The position numbers and the translations under genes were made by a program. From Gemmatimonadota bacterium (GTDB lineage: Bacteria > Gemmatimonadota > Gemmatimonadetes > Gemmatimonadales > GWC2-71-9), in assembly GCA_039586365.1 (NCBI GenBank), contig JBDHKN010000015.1, positions 1 through 60,673 of the forward strand: DNA of 60,673 nucleotides, given 5' to 3'. A model generated the notes under the pieces. That model worked only from the letters and a program-made list of their open reading frames with translations. It was not told the origin of the DNA and searched no databases. Shown piece after piece: positions 48,710 to 57,206 of the stretch. Position 1 is the stretch's first letter; the number at the start of each line of letters is the position of its first letter.

Positions 48710-49542
48710 CGGTTCTCGGGAGCGTGAGGCCCGTTCCTTTGCGCAGACTATGGCTGCACCTGGCATGGGTGGCCCTCGTAGCAACCGGTCTGACGTGTCA
48801 GGGCAGTGCGGGTACGCAAGATTACGCCGTTGTGGCTCGTTTCCCCCACGACACCACCGCCTACACGCAGGGATTGGTCTACTCCCACGGACAGCTGTAC
48901 GAGAGCACCGGGCGACTGGGCCACTCCCAGTTGCGTCATGTGGAACTTACGACAGGCCACGTGCTTGCAGCGACCGAGTTGGCGGCGGATCGCTTCGGTG
49001 AAGGGCTGACGTTGCTGGACGGGAGACTGTACCAGCTCACCTGGAAGAGTGGTGTCGGCTACGTGTACCGTGCCGATAACCTGGCGTTGGTGGACTCCTT
49101 CAACTTCACCGGTGAAGGTTGGGGCCTCACCACCGACGGGAATACTCTCATCATGAGCGACGGATCCGCAACATTGCGGTTTCTGGACCCGGAGAGCTTC
49201 GCTCCTGTTCGAGAAGTTGTGGTGCGGGACGACGGTCTGCCACTCACCCAGGTCAACGAGCTGGAGTATGTCCGGGGCCAGCTGTTCGCCAACGTGTACC
49301 AGAGCGACCGGATCGTGCAGATCGATCCCGTGAGCGGAGCGGTGCAGCACTGGTTCGATCTCGCAGGACTGTTTCCCGAAGACGAGCGCAGCCCCACTAC
49401 CGATGTATTGAACGGAATAGCGTTCGACGAGGAAAGCGGTAACTTGCTGGTGACCGGCAAACTGTGGCCGGCGCTATTCGAGCTGAGCTTGCGGCGGTCT
49501 GATGAGGTGGATTCCGCGACAGCGGACAACGCCACCCGCTGA
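48706..49542 (+). CDS. Glutaminyl-peptide cyclotransferase (beta-propeller type)
   Basis: FPHD..AYTQGL, ESTG, FGEG, QLTW, EGWG, NELE, VLNGIA, TGKLWP; GTGA overlap with upstream stop. Confidence 0.92.
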   Translation: MTVLGSVRPVPLRRLWLHLAWVALVATGLTCQGSAGTQDYAVVARFPHDTTAYTQGLVYSHGQLYESTGRLGHSQLRHVELTTGHVLAATELAADRFGEGLTLLDGRLYQLTWKSGVGYVYRADNLALVDSFNFTGEGWGLTTDGNTLIMSDGSATLRFLDPESFAPVREVVVRDDGLPLTQVNELEYVRGQLFANVYQSDRIVQIDPVSGAVQHWFDLAGLFPEDERSPTTDVLNGIAFDEESGNLLVTGKLWPALFELSLRRSDEVDSATADNATR

Positions 49543-49589
49543 GAAGACTGGCGCTAGCAAACAGTCCTGGCTTTGATCCGAGCGGGTGT

Positions 49590-49805
49590 CTAGTTCCGTC
49601 CCGGCTTCCCTGTCCAGAGAATCGTGGGATCCTTGAGTACTAAGCGAAGCAACACCGTGAAGCGTCTCAGCGACCCTCGCTGCTCACGGTTAGGCATACC
49701 CCTCGGCGGCATCTCTCTGCGCGCCGCCCCGCCTGGGATCTTCGGTAGGGATGGCCTCCAGGGCTCGATCACGATGTGCTGCTTCTTACGATTGCTCGCT
49801 GCCAT
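49590..49805 (-). CDS. Small basic hypothetical protein
   Basis: ATG 49805 preceded by AAGGA; 71 aa. Confidence 0.4.
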   Translation of the reverse strand: MAASNRKKQHIVIEPWRPSLPKIPGGAARREMPPRGMPNREQRGSLRRFTVLLRLVLKDPTILWTGKPGRN

Positions 49806-49902
49806 GGTAGTCCTTGTTCCGCTGCGGTATGAGTATTCTACCAGTGTCCGGTCTCTTTCGCTCCGCAGCCCCGTGCCACAGACCCCAGCCTGCCGCACCC
49901 AA

Positions 49903-50151
49903 TCAGGGATTCGCGAGGGACTTGAGAACTTCATCCCGCCGTTCTTGTGAGAAGTCCCCGGCGTAGAACCGCAGAAAGAGCGCGCGGCGAAGTGCATCCG
50001 AATCGGTCGACTCTTCTTGACTCAGGATACCTGCCTTCGCCAGAACCTTGGCAGTGTGGAACATCCGGGTGCACATCTTAAGCCTCTCGGCAGGTGATAG
50101 CTGCGCCAAGAGACGCCGCATCTCGTCGTCAGGGCTCAGTTTCTCAGTCAC
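49903..50151 (-). CDS. Small helical protein, partner of nucleotidyltransferase (putative antitoxin)
   Basis: GTG 50151 overlapping upstream stop (GTGACTGA); LSPAERLKM..RMF, LFLRFY. Confidence 0.7.
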   Translation of the reverse strand: MTEKLSPDDEMRRLLAQLSPAERLKMCTRMFHTAKVLAKAGILSQEESTDSDALRRALFLRFYAGDFSQERRDEVLKSLANP

Positions 50152-50695
50152 TTTCCTTTTCCTCACGCAACAGCCCTGCCACGCCGAGTCGGGTGGACCA
50201 AGTCTCGAGATACTGCCAGTCCAGCTTCGTTCCAGACACAATGATCTCATGCACGTCTCGGAGCTGCAGTACCGACCCGGTCTCCTGCGCCCATAGGAGT
50301 TTGGAGAGAATCAAATCCTCCGGAGCCACTACCGCTACTTCGGTTCCTTCCACATCGATCTGCCTCCGTCGCTCAAACTCCAACTGCCGGTATGGGCCGA
50401 TCTTTCGCACGATGAAGTCGGCCTTGATGATCCATTCGTTGTGGATCACGTTGAACATACCGTGCGCCTTTACGGCCTCGGCAACGGCATCGCGATCGAT
50501 GTAACAGTCGGCTTCGAAAGAACGCACCAGAGTAGTGACATCGGCTTGTGTCACGTCTACAACGACATCCACGTCCCGTGTCATACGGGGGGACGCATAG
50601 ATCGCCATCGCCATGGAGCCCGTCATCATGTATTCGATTTCGGCCGCCGCCAGGCGCTCAGCAATCTGCTTCACGAACTCGAGTTGTTCGTCCAT
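50144..50695 (-). CDS. Pol-beta superfamily nucleotidyltransferase (DUF6036/AbiEii-like)
   Basis: TGSMA...PRMTRDVD motif, KADF, PEDLILSKL, QLRDV. Confidence 0.85.
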   Translation of the reverse strand: MDEQLEFVKQIAERLAAAEIEYMMTGSMAMAIYASPRMTRDVDVVVDVTQADVTTLVRSFEADCYIDRDAVAEAVKAHGMFNVIHNEWIIKADFIVRKIGPYRQLEFERRRQIDVEGTEVAVVAPEDLILSKLLWAQETGSVLQLRDVHEIIVSGTKLDWQYLETWSTRLGVAGLLREEKESD

Positions 50696-50830
50696 GGGTC
50701 AAGATACGGTTGCGCCCCTTGCGGACACAACGATGGGCGCCGTTTGTCTCGCGTATCATGGACCTATTTGCAGCCCTGGTGAGTCCGCTGCAGGTTGTGC
50801 TCAGAACTGTCATGCGATGAGGCCTACCTC

Positions 50831-51283
50831 ATGAACTGTCCTGGCTGTGACGCTGTGATGGAGGGACAGAGCTGTGGCGATGTCGTGATCGACGTGTGCC
50901 CAATGTGTGGCGGTGTATAGTTCGATGCGGGTAAGCTGGGGTCGTATCTAGCCAAGTCGAGCCGGGACAGTTCACAGGCCAGTAGCTTGGCTGATGCGGC
51001 ACACACAAGAGTCGCTGGTAGACCTCGACGATGCACCAAGTGTGGCGCAGCCCGGATGAGGCGATGGAGCTGGCATGATGTTGCCATCACTCGCTGCGAT
51101 GGCTGCAATCGTGTCTACCTGGCCCCGGATGCCTTGTCGTCGCTTGAGGTCAAGGCAAGGGTTGGCTCGACCTGGAAACTTCTGACTGAGCACCGCAGTG
51201 ACGACATGGTGGCGAAGGGCGTGCGCGAGGCCCTGTTCCACGTGCTAGCAGAGGTCGCGATTGATATGTTCAGTGGGAGCTGA
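50831..51283 (+). pseudogene. Tandem zf-TFIIB-type zinc ribbon protein interrupted by in-frame TAG
   Basis: MNCPGCD...IDVCPMCGGV*FDAGKL with TAG at 50918-50920 where Trp is expected; frame continues to CTKC...CDGC and stop at 51283. Confidence 0.75.
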
Positions 51284-51433
51284 AGGCTCGCGCCATTGAC
51301 ATAAGGCATTACAGGACTATCCCCCAAAGGAACGCAAGATGCCAATAGGCGGTGGAGAGACCCCGTATTTCAGGGGACCGTGGTCAGGGAGATAGGAATC
51401 AACTCAGCGTAGAGAACAACGGAGGGCAGAGTC

Positions 51434-51772
51434 ATGAGACGCTGTGCGTTTATCATGCTCATTGCGACGGTGGCCAGCGGTCCGGCTGCTCTGTCAGGGC
51501 GAGCGACCCCACCACCTGTACCGCAGACGCTTTCGCTCCGACAGGCCGTAGAGTTCGCCAACCGGTACAACCCTGCAATGCGCCAGGCAGCGGCGCGTGA
51601 AGGATTAACGCTGGCGACCGATCGGTATCAGATCGGCTCCGGGATTATCTTCGACCTCTTGGACGCTCAGGTAACTACTGAGACCGCCGAACGGGACTAC
51701 ATAAATGCGGTGTATGCCTATCGCCAGGCTATCGCCATGCTCCAAGCAGCGGTCGGAAGACCCCTGCGATAG
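51434..51772 (+). pseudogene. Internally deleted TolC-family outer membrane protein (112 aa, open frame)
   Basis: Signal peptide + LSLRQAVEFANRYNP joined to AREGLTLATDRYQIG...DLLDAQ...LQAAVG; GGAGGG RBS. Confidence 0.7.
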
Positions 51773-51832
51773 GGCAGCACGTGCGTGTCTTGATCGTTCC
51801 CAAATGGCTCACGTGGGACGGGCCCTGGAGGC

Positions 51833-52282
51833 ATGGAGATGAAGAAGGCTCTTCCGCCAACCTACTTCTTGTTGGTATTGGTTCTCGTTGCCCTGCTCCA
51901 TTTTGCGTTTCCCTTGTACCGGTACTGGACGTTTCCGATGACCCTCATGGGGATCGTGCCTCTTGGGCTCGGCGTCGCACTGAACCTCATTGCCGATCGG
52001 GCATTCAAGCTGCATGAGACTACAGTAAAGCCATTTGAGCAGTCGACGAGCTTGGTTACCGACTTTCCGTTCTCGCTCAGCCGTAATCCCATGTACCTTG
52101 GGTTGTCCCTGATGCTCCTCGGCGTAGCTCTACTCCTTGGAACTGCATCGGCTCTAGGGCCCGTGTTGGTGTTTCCGTACCTGATGCACCGTATCTTCAT
52201 CCGCACAGAAGAGCAGATGTTGGCCGCCAAGTTCGGCCCGGCATGGGAGCGGTACCGGTCTACTGTGCGGCGATGGATCTGA
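51833..52282 (+). CDS. Isoprenylcysteine carboxylmethyltransferase/PEMT family membrane protein
   Basis: LVTDFPFSLSRNPMYLG, IRTEEQML..KFG..W..Y...VRRWI; GGAGG RBS. Confidence 0.9.
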   Translation: MEMKKALPPTYFLLVLVLVALLHFAFPLYRYWTFPMTLMGIVPLGLGVALNLIADRAFKLHETTVKPFEQSTSLVTDFPFSLSRNPMYLGLSLMLLGVALLLGTASALGPVLVFPYLMHRIFIRTEEQMLAAKFGPAWERYRSTVRRWI

Positions 52283-53239
52283 GGGACGAAGGACCAGGTC
52301 GGAATCCAGCACCTTCACGGCTACGTCGCGGTCATGCCGGAGATCGCGCGCCCGATACACGGTCGCCATTCCGCCAACCCCGATTTCCTGCTCTAGTCGA
52401 TAGCGCTCGGGCAATGCTCGGGGGAGGTTGTGCTCTTGAGTTGCCTGGTGGGGAGAGGCCGCTGACGGTGCAGCCGGAGCTTCACCGATCGGCCCCTGTG
52501 ACTCCGGCGGCGAGAACTCGCTGCGCGCCCGGACGCTCTCAATGAGCGCCTGGGTTTCGGGTGCGGGCTCCAACTCCAACTCATCGGCCAGGCGCCGGGC
52601 AAAGGTCTCGTACTCGCGCACCGCCCCCGAACGATCGCCGAGCCGGTCCAGCAGCTTGATGACGCGCCGCAGCAGCCGTTCGTCCAAGGGTGCGAGGTTC
52701 CTGGCGTGGCGGCTCCAGTGGCCGGCCACGGCGGTGTGGCGTAGCCCCGCCTCCTGATCGGCTAGCTCCCACGCCGCCGTCGCCGCCCGTTGCCTGAGTT
52801 GCTTGTGTCGCTCATCCAGCCAGCGTTCGAACGCCGGAGGATCGGGCACGTAGAAGCCTTCGAGTAGGTCCCCCCGGTAGCGATCGAGCGCCGCTGCCCG
52901 GTCGCCAGCTTGGAGCGCGTCCTCGAACGCCGCGACGTCGGACCAGAATTCCTCCTCCGACACCGCGACCTCCTCGTCCCCCCGCGTCACCACTACCCCC
53001 TCACCCAGGAAGAGGCGGAGACGGTACAGTGACTGCCGCACGGCGCTCCGTGCCCGATCCTGGCTCAGCTCCGGCCAGAAGCCTCCGATCATGGAGTCTC
53101 GCCGCTGGAAGCCGCGGGTAGTGCCGACGCTGAGGAAAGCGAGCAGGCCGAGCAGCTTGGGTCGAGCCAGAACTGCCCGGGTGTCGGTGCCCTCGGGCCC
53201 CACGAGCTGAGCCGGACCGAGCGCTCGAAACTCGATCAT
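52154..53239 (-). pseudogene. SARP/BTAD transcriptional activator with truncated Ser/Thr kinase domain
   Basis: MIEFRALG..RPKLLGLLAFL, FWPE, YRGDLLEG, PLDE, LELEPAPET; then RYRLEQEIGVGGMATVY..VAVKVL; similarity stops near 52290. Confidence 0.8.
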
Positions 53240-53278
53240 ATGTCGTGTGGACTCGAACACATGTGGTGTGATCCTCCT

Positions 53279-53323
53279 GGGAGACCAAGGGGAGACGGTG
53301 GGGAGACGCAACCCGCCTATCCT
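53279..53323 (+). promoter_or_regulatory. Three GGGAGAC direct repeats at 11-bp period followed by a -10-like TATCCT (putative SARP-activated promoter)
   Basis: GGGAGAC at 53279, 53290 and 53301 with 4-nt spacers; TATCCT at 53318-53323; lies between the BTAD gene and divergent genes. Confidence 0.65.
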
Positions 53324-53442
53324 CTCGCAAAGGTAGGGCGGCCGCGATCCGGGGCAAACCTGCTGGGCCAGAGATGCCTGATAGCGGTCACCGGCGGACA
53401 GCCCGATCCGGCAAACCAACGATCAACCTGCAGGAGGTCACA

Positions 53443-53635
53443 ATGAAGCGGCTAGTAACGATCCGGCGCACGCTCAAACCGCCGCGCCACCTACCTACCC
53501 ACGGAAGCGTCCTTTGCGCCGCCATGTGGCTCAGTCTCGTCGGTCTTCTCGACTGCCTTTGAAGACCGATTCGGAATCAGTCTGGCTGATTACGAGGCAC
53601 AGTTCTTCGGCCTCATGAACGACTACCTCAACTGA
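53443..53635 (+). pseudogene. Collapsed gene remnant: signal peptide plus out-of-frame C-terminal tail
   Basis: AGGAGG RBS, MKRLVT...LVGLLDCL* (stop 53562); overlapping frame reads TAFEDRFGISLADYEAQFFGLMNDYLN* (stop 53635). Confidence 0.5.
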
Positions 53636-53652
53636 ATACCATGGAGGCTAAA

Positions 53653-54513
53653 ATGAGACGGATATTCGGGACGGGCGTAACCGCCCTCGTGCTTGCCTGG
53701 TCGATCGCATGCGGCGACGTCGAGATCAACGGACCGCCGGTGGATTGGCAAGATTGGCCCGATTGGCCCTCGCCGGCTGACACCGCGGGTCAGGTAAGAG
53801 ATACATCCGAGTGGCGTGGATATATCGCACCGGGCAATCAGATCGAGATCAAAGGGGTGTCTGGAGACATCCGTGCCGTCGCGACGTCGGGCAGCGACGT
53901 GCTGGTCACGGCGACCAAGATCGGTCGGCCGGACGATGTGGCGGCCGTGGACATCGCTGTCGTGTCGCACGCGCTGGGGGTCACGATCTGTGCCGTGTAC
54001 CCGGATGTGCCGGGACAAGCGCCCAACTCGTGCGAACCAGGAGATGCGGGAAACATGAGCGTCTGGGACGGCGGGCGCGGAGCGGTCAGGGTCGGGTTCC
54101 TGGTCCAAGTTCCGGATGGCGTGGTCTTGGTTGGCAAGAGTCTGGCGGGTGACGTCGAGGCGGCTGACCTCCGGAGCGATGCTTTCATGAGCACCCTCTA
54201 CGGCGACGTTCGGGTGTCGACCACCCGGCTTGCCACTGCCAAAACGCTCTCCGGATCGATCATCGCCTCGATCGGCCTGCCCGATTGGGGTCGCGATCTA
54301 GAGTTCTCGACGATGAACGGTGACATCCGAGTGACGATCCCTGCCGGGACCAACGCTCAGGTCCGGGCGGCAGCGCAGTCCGGGCGCATCAGGTCCGACT
54401 TTCCGCTTACAGAGGTATTGCCGGGTGATATGCGTGGTACCCTTGGTCGCGGCGGGCCCACCCTGCGGCTCAAGACCCTCGCGGGTGACATCGCGCTCCG
54501 GCGTGGCCCTTAG
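53653..54513 (+). CDS. DUF4097 beta-strand repeat lipoprotein
   Basis: Lipobox SIAC; repeats SGDI, AGDV, YGDV, SGSI, NGDI, SGRI, AGDI; GGAGG RBS. Confidence 0.85.
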   Translation: MRRIFGTGVTALVLAWSIACGDVEINGPPVDWQDWPDWPSPADTAGQVRDTSEWRGYIAPGNQIEIKGVSGDIRAVATSGSDVLVTATKIGRPDDVAAVDIAVVSHALGVTICAVYPDVPGQAPNSCEPGDAGNMSVWDGGRGAVRVGFLVQVPDGVVLVGKSLAGDVEAADLRSDAFMSTLYGDVRVSTTRLATAKTLSGSIIASIGLPDWGRDLEFSTMNGDIRVTIPAGTNAQVRAAAQSGRIRSDFPLTEVLPGDMRGTLGRGGPTLRLKTLAGDIALRRGP

Positions 54514-54551
54514 CCGACTCCGTAGCGGGGAGAGCGGATGTAACGGGACAG

Positions 54552-54591
54552 CACAACGCCCCCGGCCAGAGTGACCGGGGGCGTTGTGTTT
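54552..54591 (+). terminator. Rho-independent terminator
   Basis: 14-bp stem CACAACGCCCCCGG / CCGGGGGCGTTGTG followed by TTT, 38 nt after the stop. Confidence 0.75.
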
Positions 54592-54765
54592 GCTGGCACT
54601 ACACTCGGCGGAATTCGGGGAGCCACGCTCCCGGGGCATCTGAGGTCGCTAGTCATGAAGAAGCTTTCCCACGACCCCCGGGACTGGGTGATTCCGCGGG
54701 ACGACCGGGGCAGTCAGGGCCTACTCGGGCTGCTGTTCAGCAGCACCGTTGGCTCCGCTCCGGTT

Positions 54766-54882
54766 GGGCTGTTTGCTGAGGATGCTGTACTCATGCCCCC
54801 CAATAGCCCGGTAATCCGTTTTCGCAAGCAGCCGGATGGTTATTGGGTCGCTGCAGTTGAGATGTGGAACACGGACCTTCCA
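54766..54882 (+). pseudogene. Internally deleted YybH/DUF4440 (NTF2-like) remnant
   Basis: GLFAEDAVLMPPNSPVIR joined directly to FRKQPDGYWVAAVEMWNTDLP, two motifs normally far apart in this family. Confidence 0.6.
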
Positions 54883-54909
54883 ATGGCGGAACAGCAACAG
54901 CGCTATCGT

Positions 54910-54936
54910 CAACGCCCGGTCCCGCGCCGGGCGTTG
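54910..54936. terminator. Hairpin related to the 54552 hairpin
   Basis: 10-bp stem CAACGCCCGG-tcccgcg-CCGGGCGTTG. Confidence 0.5.
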
Positions 54937-55081
54937 CGCTAAGAGTCAATCTGGCCCTCGCCAGCCGCAAGCCATAGCTTGGAGCATCGCAATGTTGCTG
55001 TCCCCCTCAATGATGGACATGCTGCTAGCGCCACAATAGGGTCGGACGACGACGCACAGCCAACTGACAGGAGGTCTCCTC

Positions 55082-55384
55082 ATGCCCACGTACATTCTTG
55101 CCACCAGACTATCTCCCGAAGCGATGGCAAAGAAGTTCGAGCACTACGAGGAGGAGGGACTCTCGTGGCTCGATCTCGTCAAGGAGAAGTGCCCCGATGT
55201 GAAGTTCCTCGAGCACTACACGATCCTGGGTCCCTGGGACTTCCTGGACGTATTCGAGGCACCCAACGAAGAGGTCGCCGCAAAGGTATCCATGATCACT
55301 TCGTCTTGTGGAGCTTCACGGGCTGAGAGCTGGACAGCCATCCCCTACCACAGGTTCATGCAGTTGATGAAGGAGCTGGAGTAG
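55082..55384 (+). CDS. GYD domain-containing protein
   Basis: MPTYILATRL, Y.ILGPWDFLDVFEAP, ESWTAIP; AGGAGG RBS. Confidence 0.85.
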   Translation: MPTYILATRLSPEAMAKKFEHYEEEGLSWLDLVKEKCPDVKFLEHYTILGPWDFLDVFEAPNEEVAAKVSMITSSCGASRAESWTAIPYHRFMQLMKELE

Positions 55385-55625
55385 ATAGGCCGAAGCAGCT
55401 CCAACGATCTCAGGAGTCTGACCAGGTCTAGAACTGCCGCTCAGTTCGGACGGGCCGGGCGCTGTAGGAGTAGTTGATTTATGCGCCGAAGAGCATTGAG
55501 GCGATGTCTATGACGGCCCTCCGTGACTCCGTGCAATTCCTTATTGGCTTGCCTGGGAGGTCTGCCATGACCGCGGCGGTATCGCTACGCGATGTCTGTT
55601 GCACAGCGGTCAGGGGAAGCAGATT

Positions 55626-56081
55626 ATGGCAACGCTAGCCAGCATGGACAGCGTAGACCGCGTCGGTGCGGTCGTAGCGCACATGATTTACATCACGTGC
55701 ATCCTGCTCTTCTGCGCCCGACTGGTCGACAAGCCAGGGGTGGAGCATTGGTTGGGCCTCGTATTGATGTTGGCTTTGATCCCCTTGACCTACCTCATGG
55801 TGATGACAAGAACTTATGCGAGGCCCCCGCTCTACTACGTCCAGGTCTCGTTGATGATCGCGTTCTTGATTGTTGAGTTACTGCTGGACTACGTGCTGAA
55901 GATCCAGTTTCGTCAGGAGCGGTGGATGGTCATCGCCTACGTCATGCTGTTTTTCGGAGCCACCGGGGGGATGCTTGGCGTGGCTGCCACCGCCGGACGC
56001 ACCTGGACCTTCTCCAGCATCGGCTTGTTTCTGACAATGACGGTGCTGGCCTTTGTTCAACGTGCAAGGACTGGCCTGTAG
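55626..56081 (+). CDS. Hypothetical membrane protein (about 5 TM)
   Basis: Hydrophobic segments; ELLLDY..FR and Y.MLFFGATGGM. Confidence 0.7.
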   Translation: MATLASMDSVDRVGAVVAHMIYITCILLFCARLVDKPGVEHWLGLVLMLALIPLTYLMVMTRTYARPPLYYVQVSLMIAFLIVELLLDYVLKIQFRQERWMVIAYVMLFFGATGGMLGVAATAGRTWTFSSIGLFLTMTVLAFVQRARTGL

Positions 56082-56166
56082 CTGCGTTAGGGACAGAGAT
56101 GGTCACGCCGATCCCTGAGCATATCGGTTCAAGAGCCATCAGCGCGGCAGGAACGTTACCGAGCGG

Positions 56167-56640
56167 TTGTCGTCTCGACCGCGCGCCGAGATCACACGAC
56201 GTGCACTGGGACGCGCGGTGGCGAAAGGTAGGGCCCATTCGCACGAGGGCATTCCCCAGGGTCTGGCAGCGCTCCGAGCATACCTGGCACATGTCGCAGA
56301 CCCAAGCAAGGACTTCGCGGGTGCCGGGGAGTGGTTCTGCTGGGCGGCATTCGAGCGACTCATGGCAAGGCGCTGTTGCGAAATCTGGTTGCGGTCCGCT
56401 GCTGAGCAACTGGACGGGAATGCGCGTAAGGTTGTGTTGGACGCAGCGGAGAGCTACGGGGAGGCGTTCCAATGCTACGACCACTATCGATCCGAAGTCG
56501 GCGCAGGAGAGCCCAGTCCGCCGAGTAACGAAGAGCGCGCTCGCACACCGGACCGGATCGCGGTCACGGCCGGAATCCTCGAGCGAGGCATTGCGGCCGA
56601 AGCGGCGGGCCTGGATGCGCTCGCACAGGCTGTGAATTGA
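56167..56640 (+). pseudogene. Probable C-terminal fragment of a helical protein
   Basis: Protein-like helical sequence (GLAALRAY, AAESY, AAEAAGLDAL), but only a TTG start without clear RBS and an in-frame stop at 56116. Confidence 0.4.
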
Positions 56641-56771
56641 AACTGAGATGTTATCAGGATGCCACCACGGTCTATGACGAGCGGTTCTCGCGGCGTTGGG
56701 CATTCCGGCGCCCCTCGTCGCCGAGGTGGTCGAGGACTGTCTCGTAGCTCCGAGTGGGCTGCTCGGAACCG

Positions 56772-57206
56772 CTACCCCGCGGGCACCAAGGGGTTGCGCG
56801 CTCTCAAGCCCCCGAATCGGCTGAAGTCGCGGTCTGCGGTCCACACCTCGTCTACGGCATGAAACAAACACAGCGCCGCGATACGTGCATCGTGAACCCG
56901 GGGGCCCACAACTCGGCTTGACTTCACTAGCTCGTGCAGCACGTCCCAGTAGCCCGGTTGCTCGGCAAGCAGCTCTACCGTGGGTGCCGCCAGCCAGACT
57001 TGCGCCGCTGCGAGTGCGTCGTGTAGAGGCGTGGGAGGATCGAATATCCGTGGGTGTGTGACGATCGCTAGGAACTCGTGTATGCACGGCCAGGGAATCG
57101 ACCAGCGCTCCTCAGCCAGATCCCGCAGTCGACTGAAGGCGGCATCGTGCCACGGCGAATCGGCGCGGTGTGCATGCACCAGAATGTTGGTGTCAACCGC
57201 GATCAC
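56772..57206 (-). CDS. vapC: VapC PIN-domain ribonuclease toxin
   Basis: IAVDTNILV, EFL, VHDARIAA, TADRDF; ATGA overlap with antitoxin. Confidence 0.93.
   Translation of the reverse strand: MIAVDTNILVHAHRADSPWHDAAFSRLRDLAEERWSIPWPCIHEFLAIVTHPRIFDPPTPLHDALAAAQVWLAAPTVELLAEQPGYWDVLHELVKSSRVVGPRVHDARIAALCLFHAVDEVWTADRDFSRFGGLRARNPLVPAG

Noticed and set aside
51350..51410. GGAGAGACCCC...GGGG resembling a glycine riboswitch start
   Set aside because: Lacks CCGAAG and CTCTCAGG; a covariance-model search would be needed to rescue it.
53340..53420. GGCAAACC motifs suggestive of a c-di-GMP-I riboswitch
   Set aside because: No GNRA-capped stem followed by GACGCAAA in the right order.
55567..55638. 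GGAGG-preceded 23-codon ORF MTAAVSLRDV..., possibly another gene stub
   Set aside because: Too short to assign by eye.
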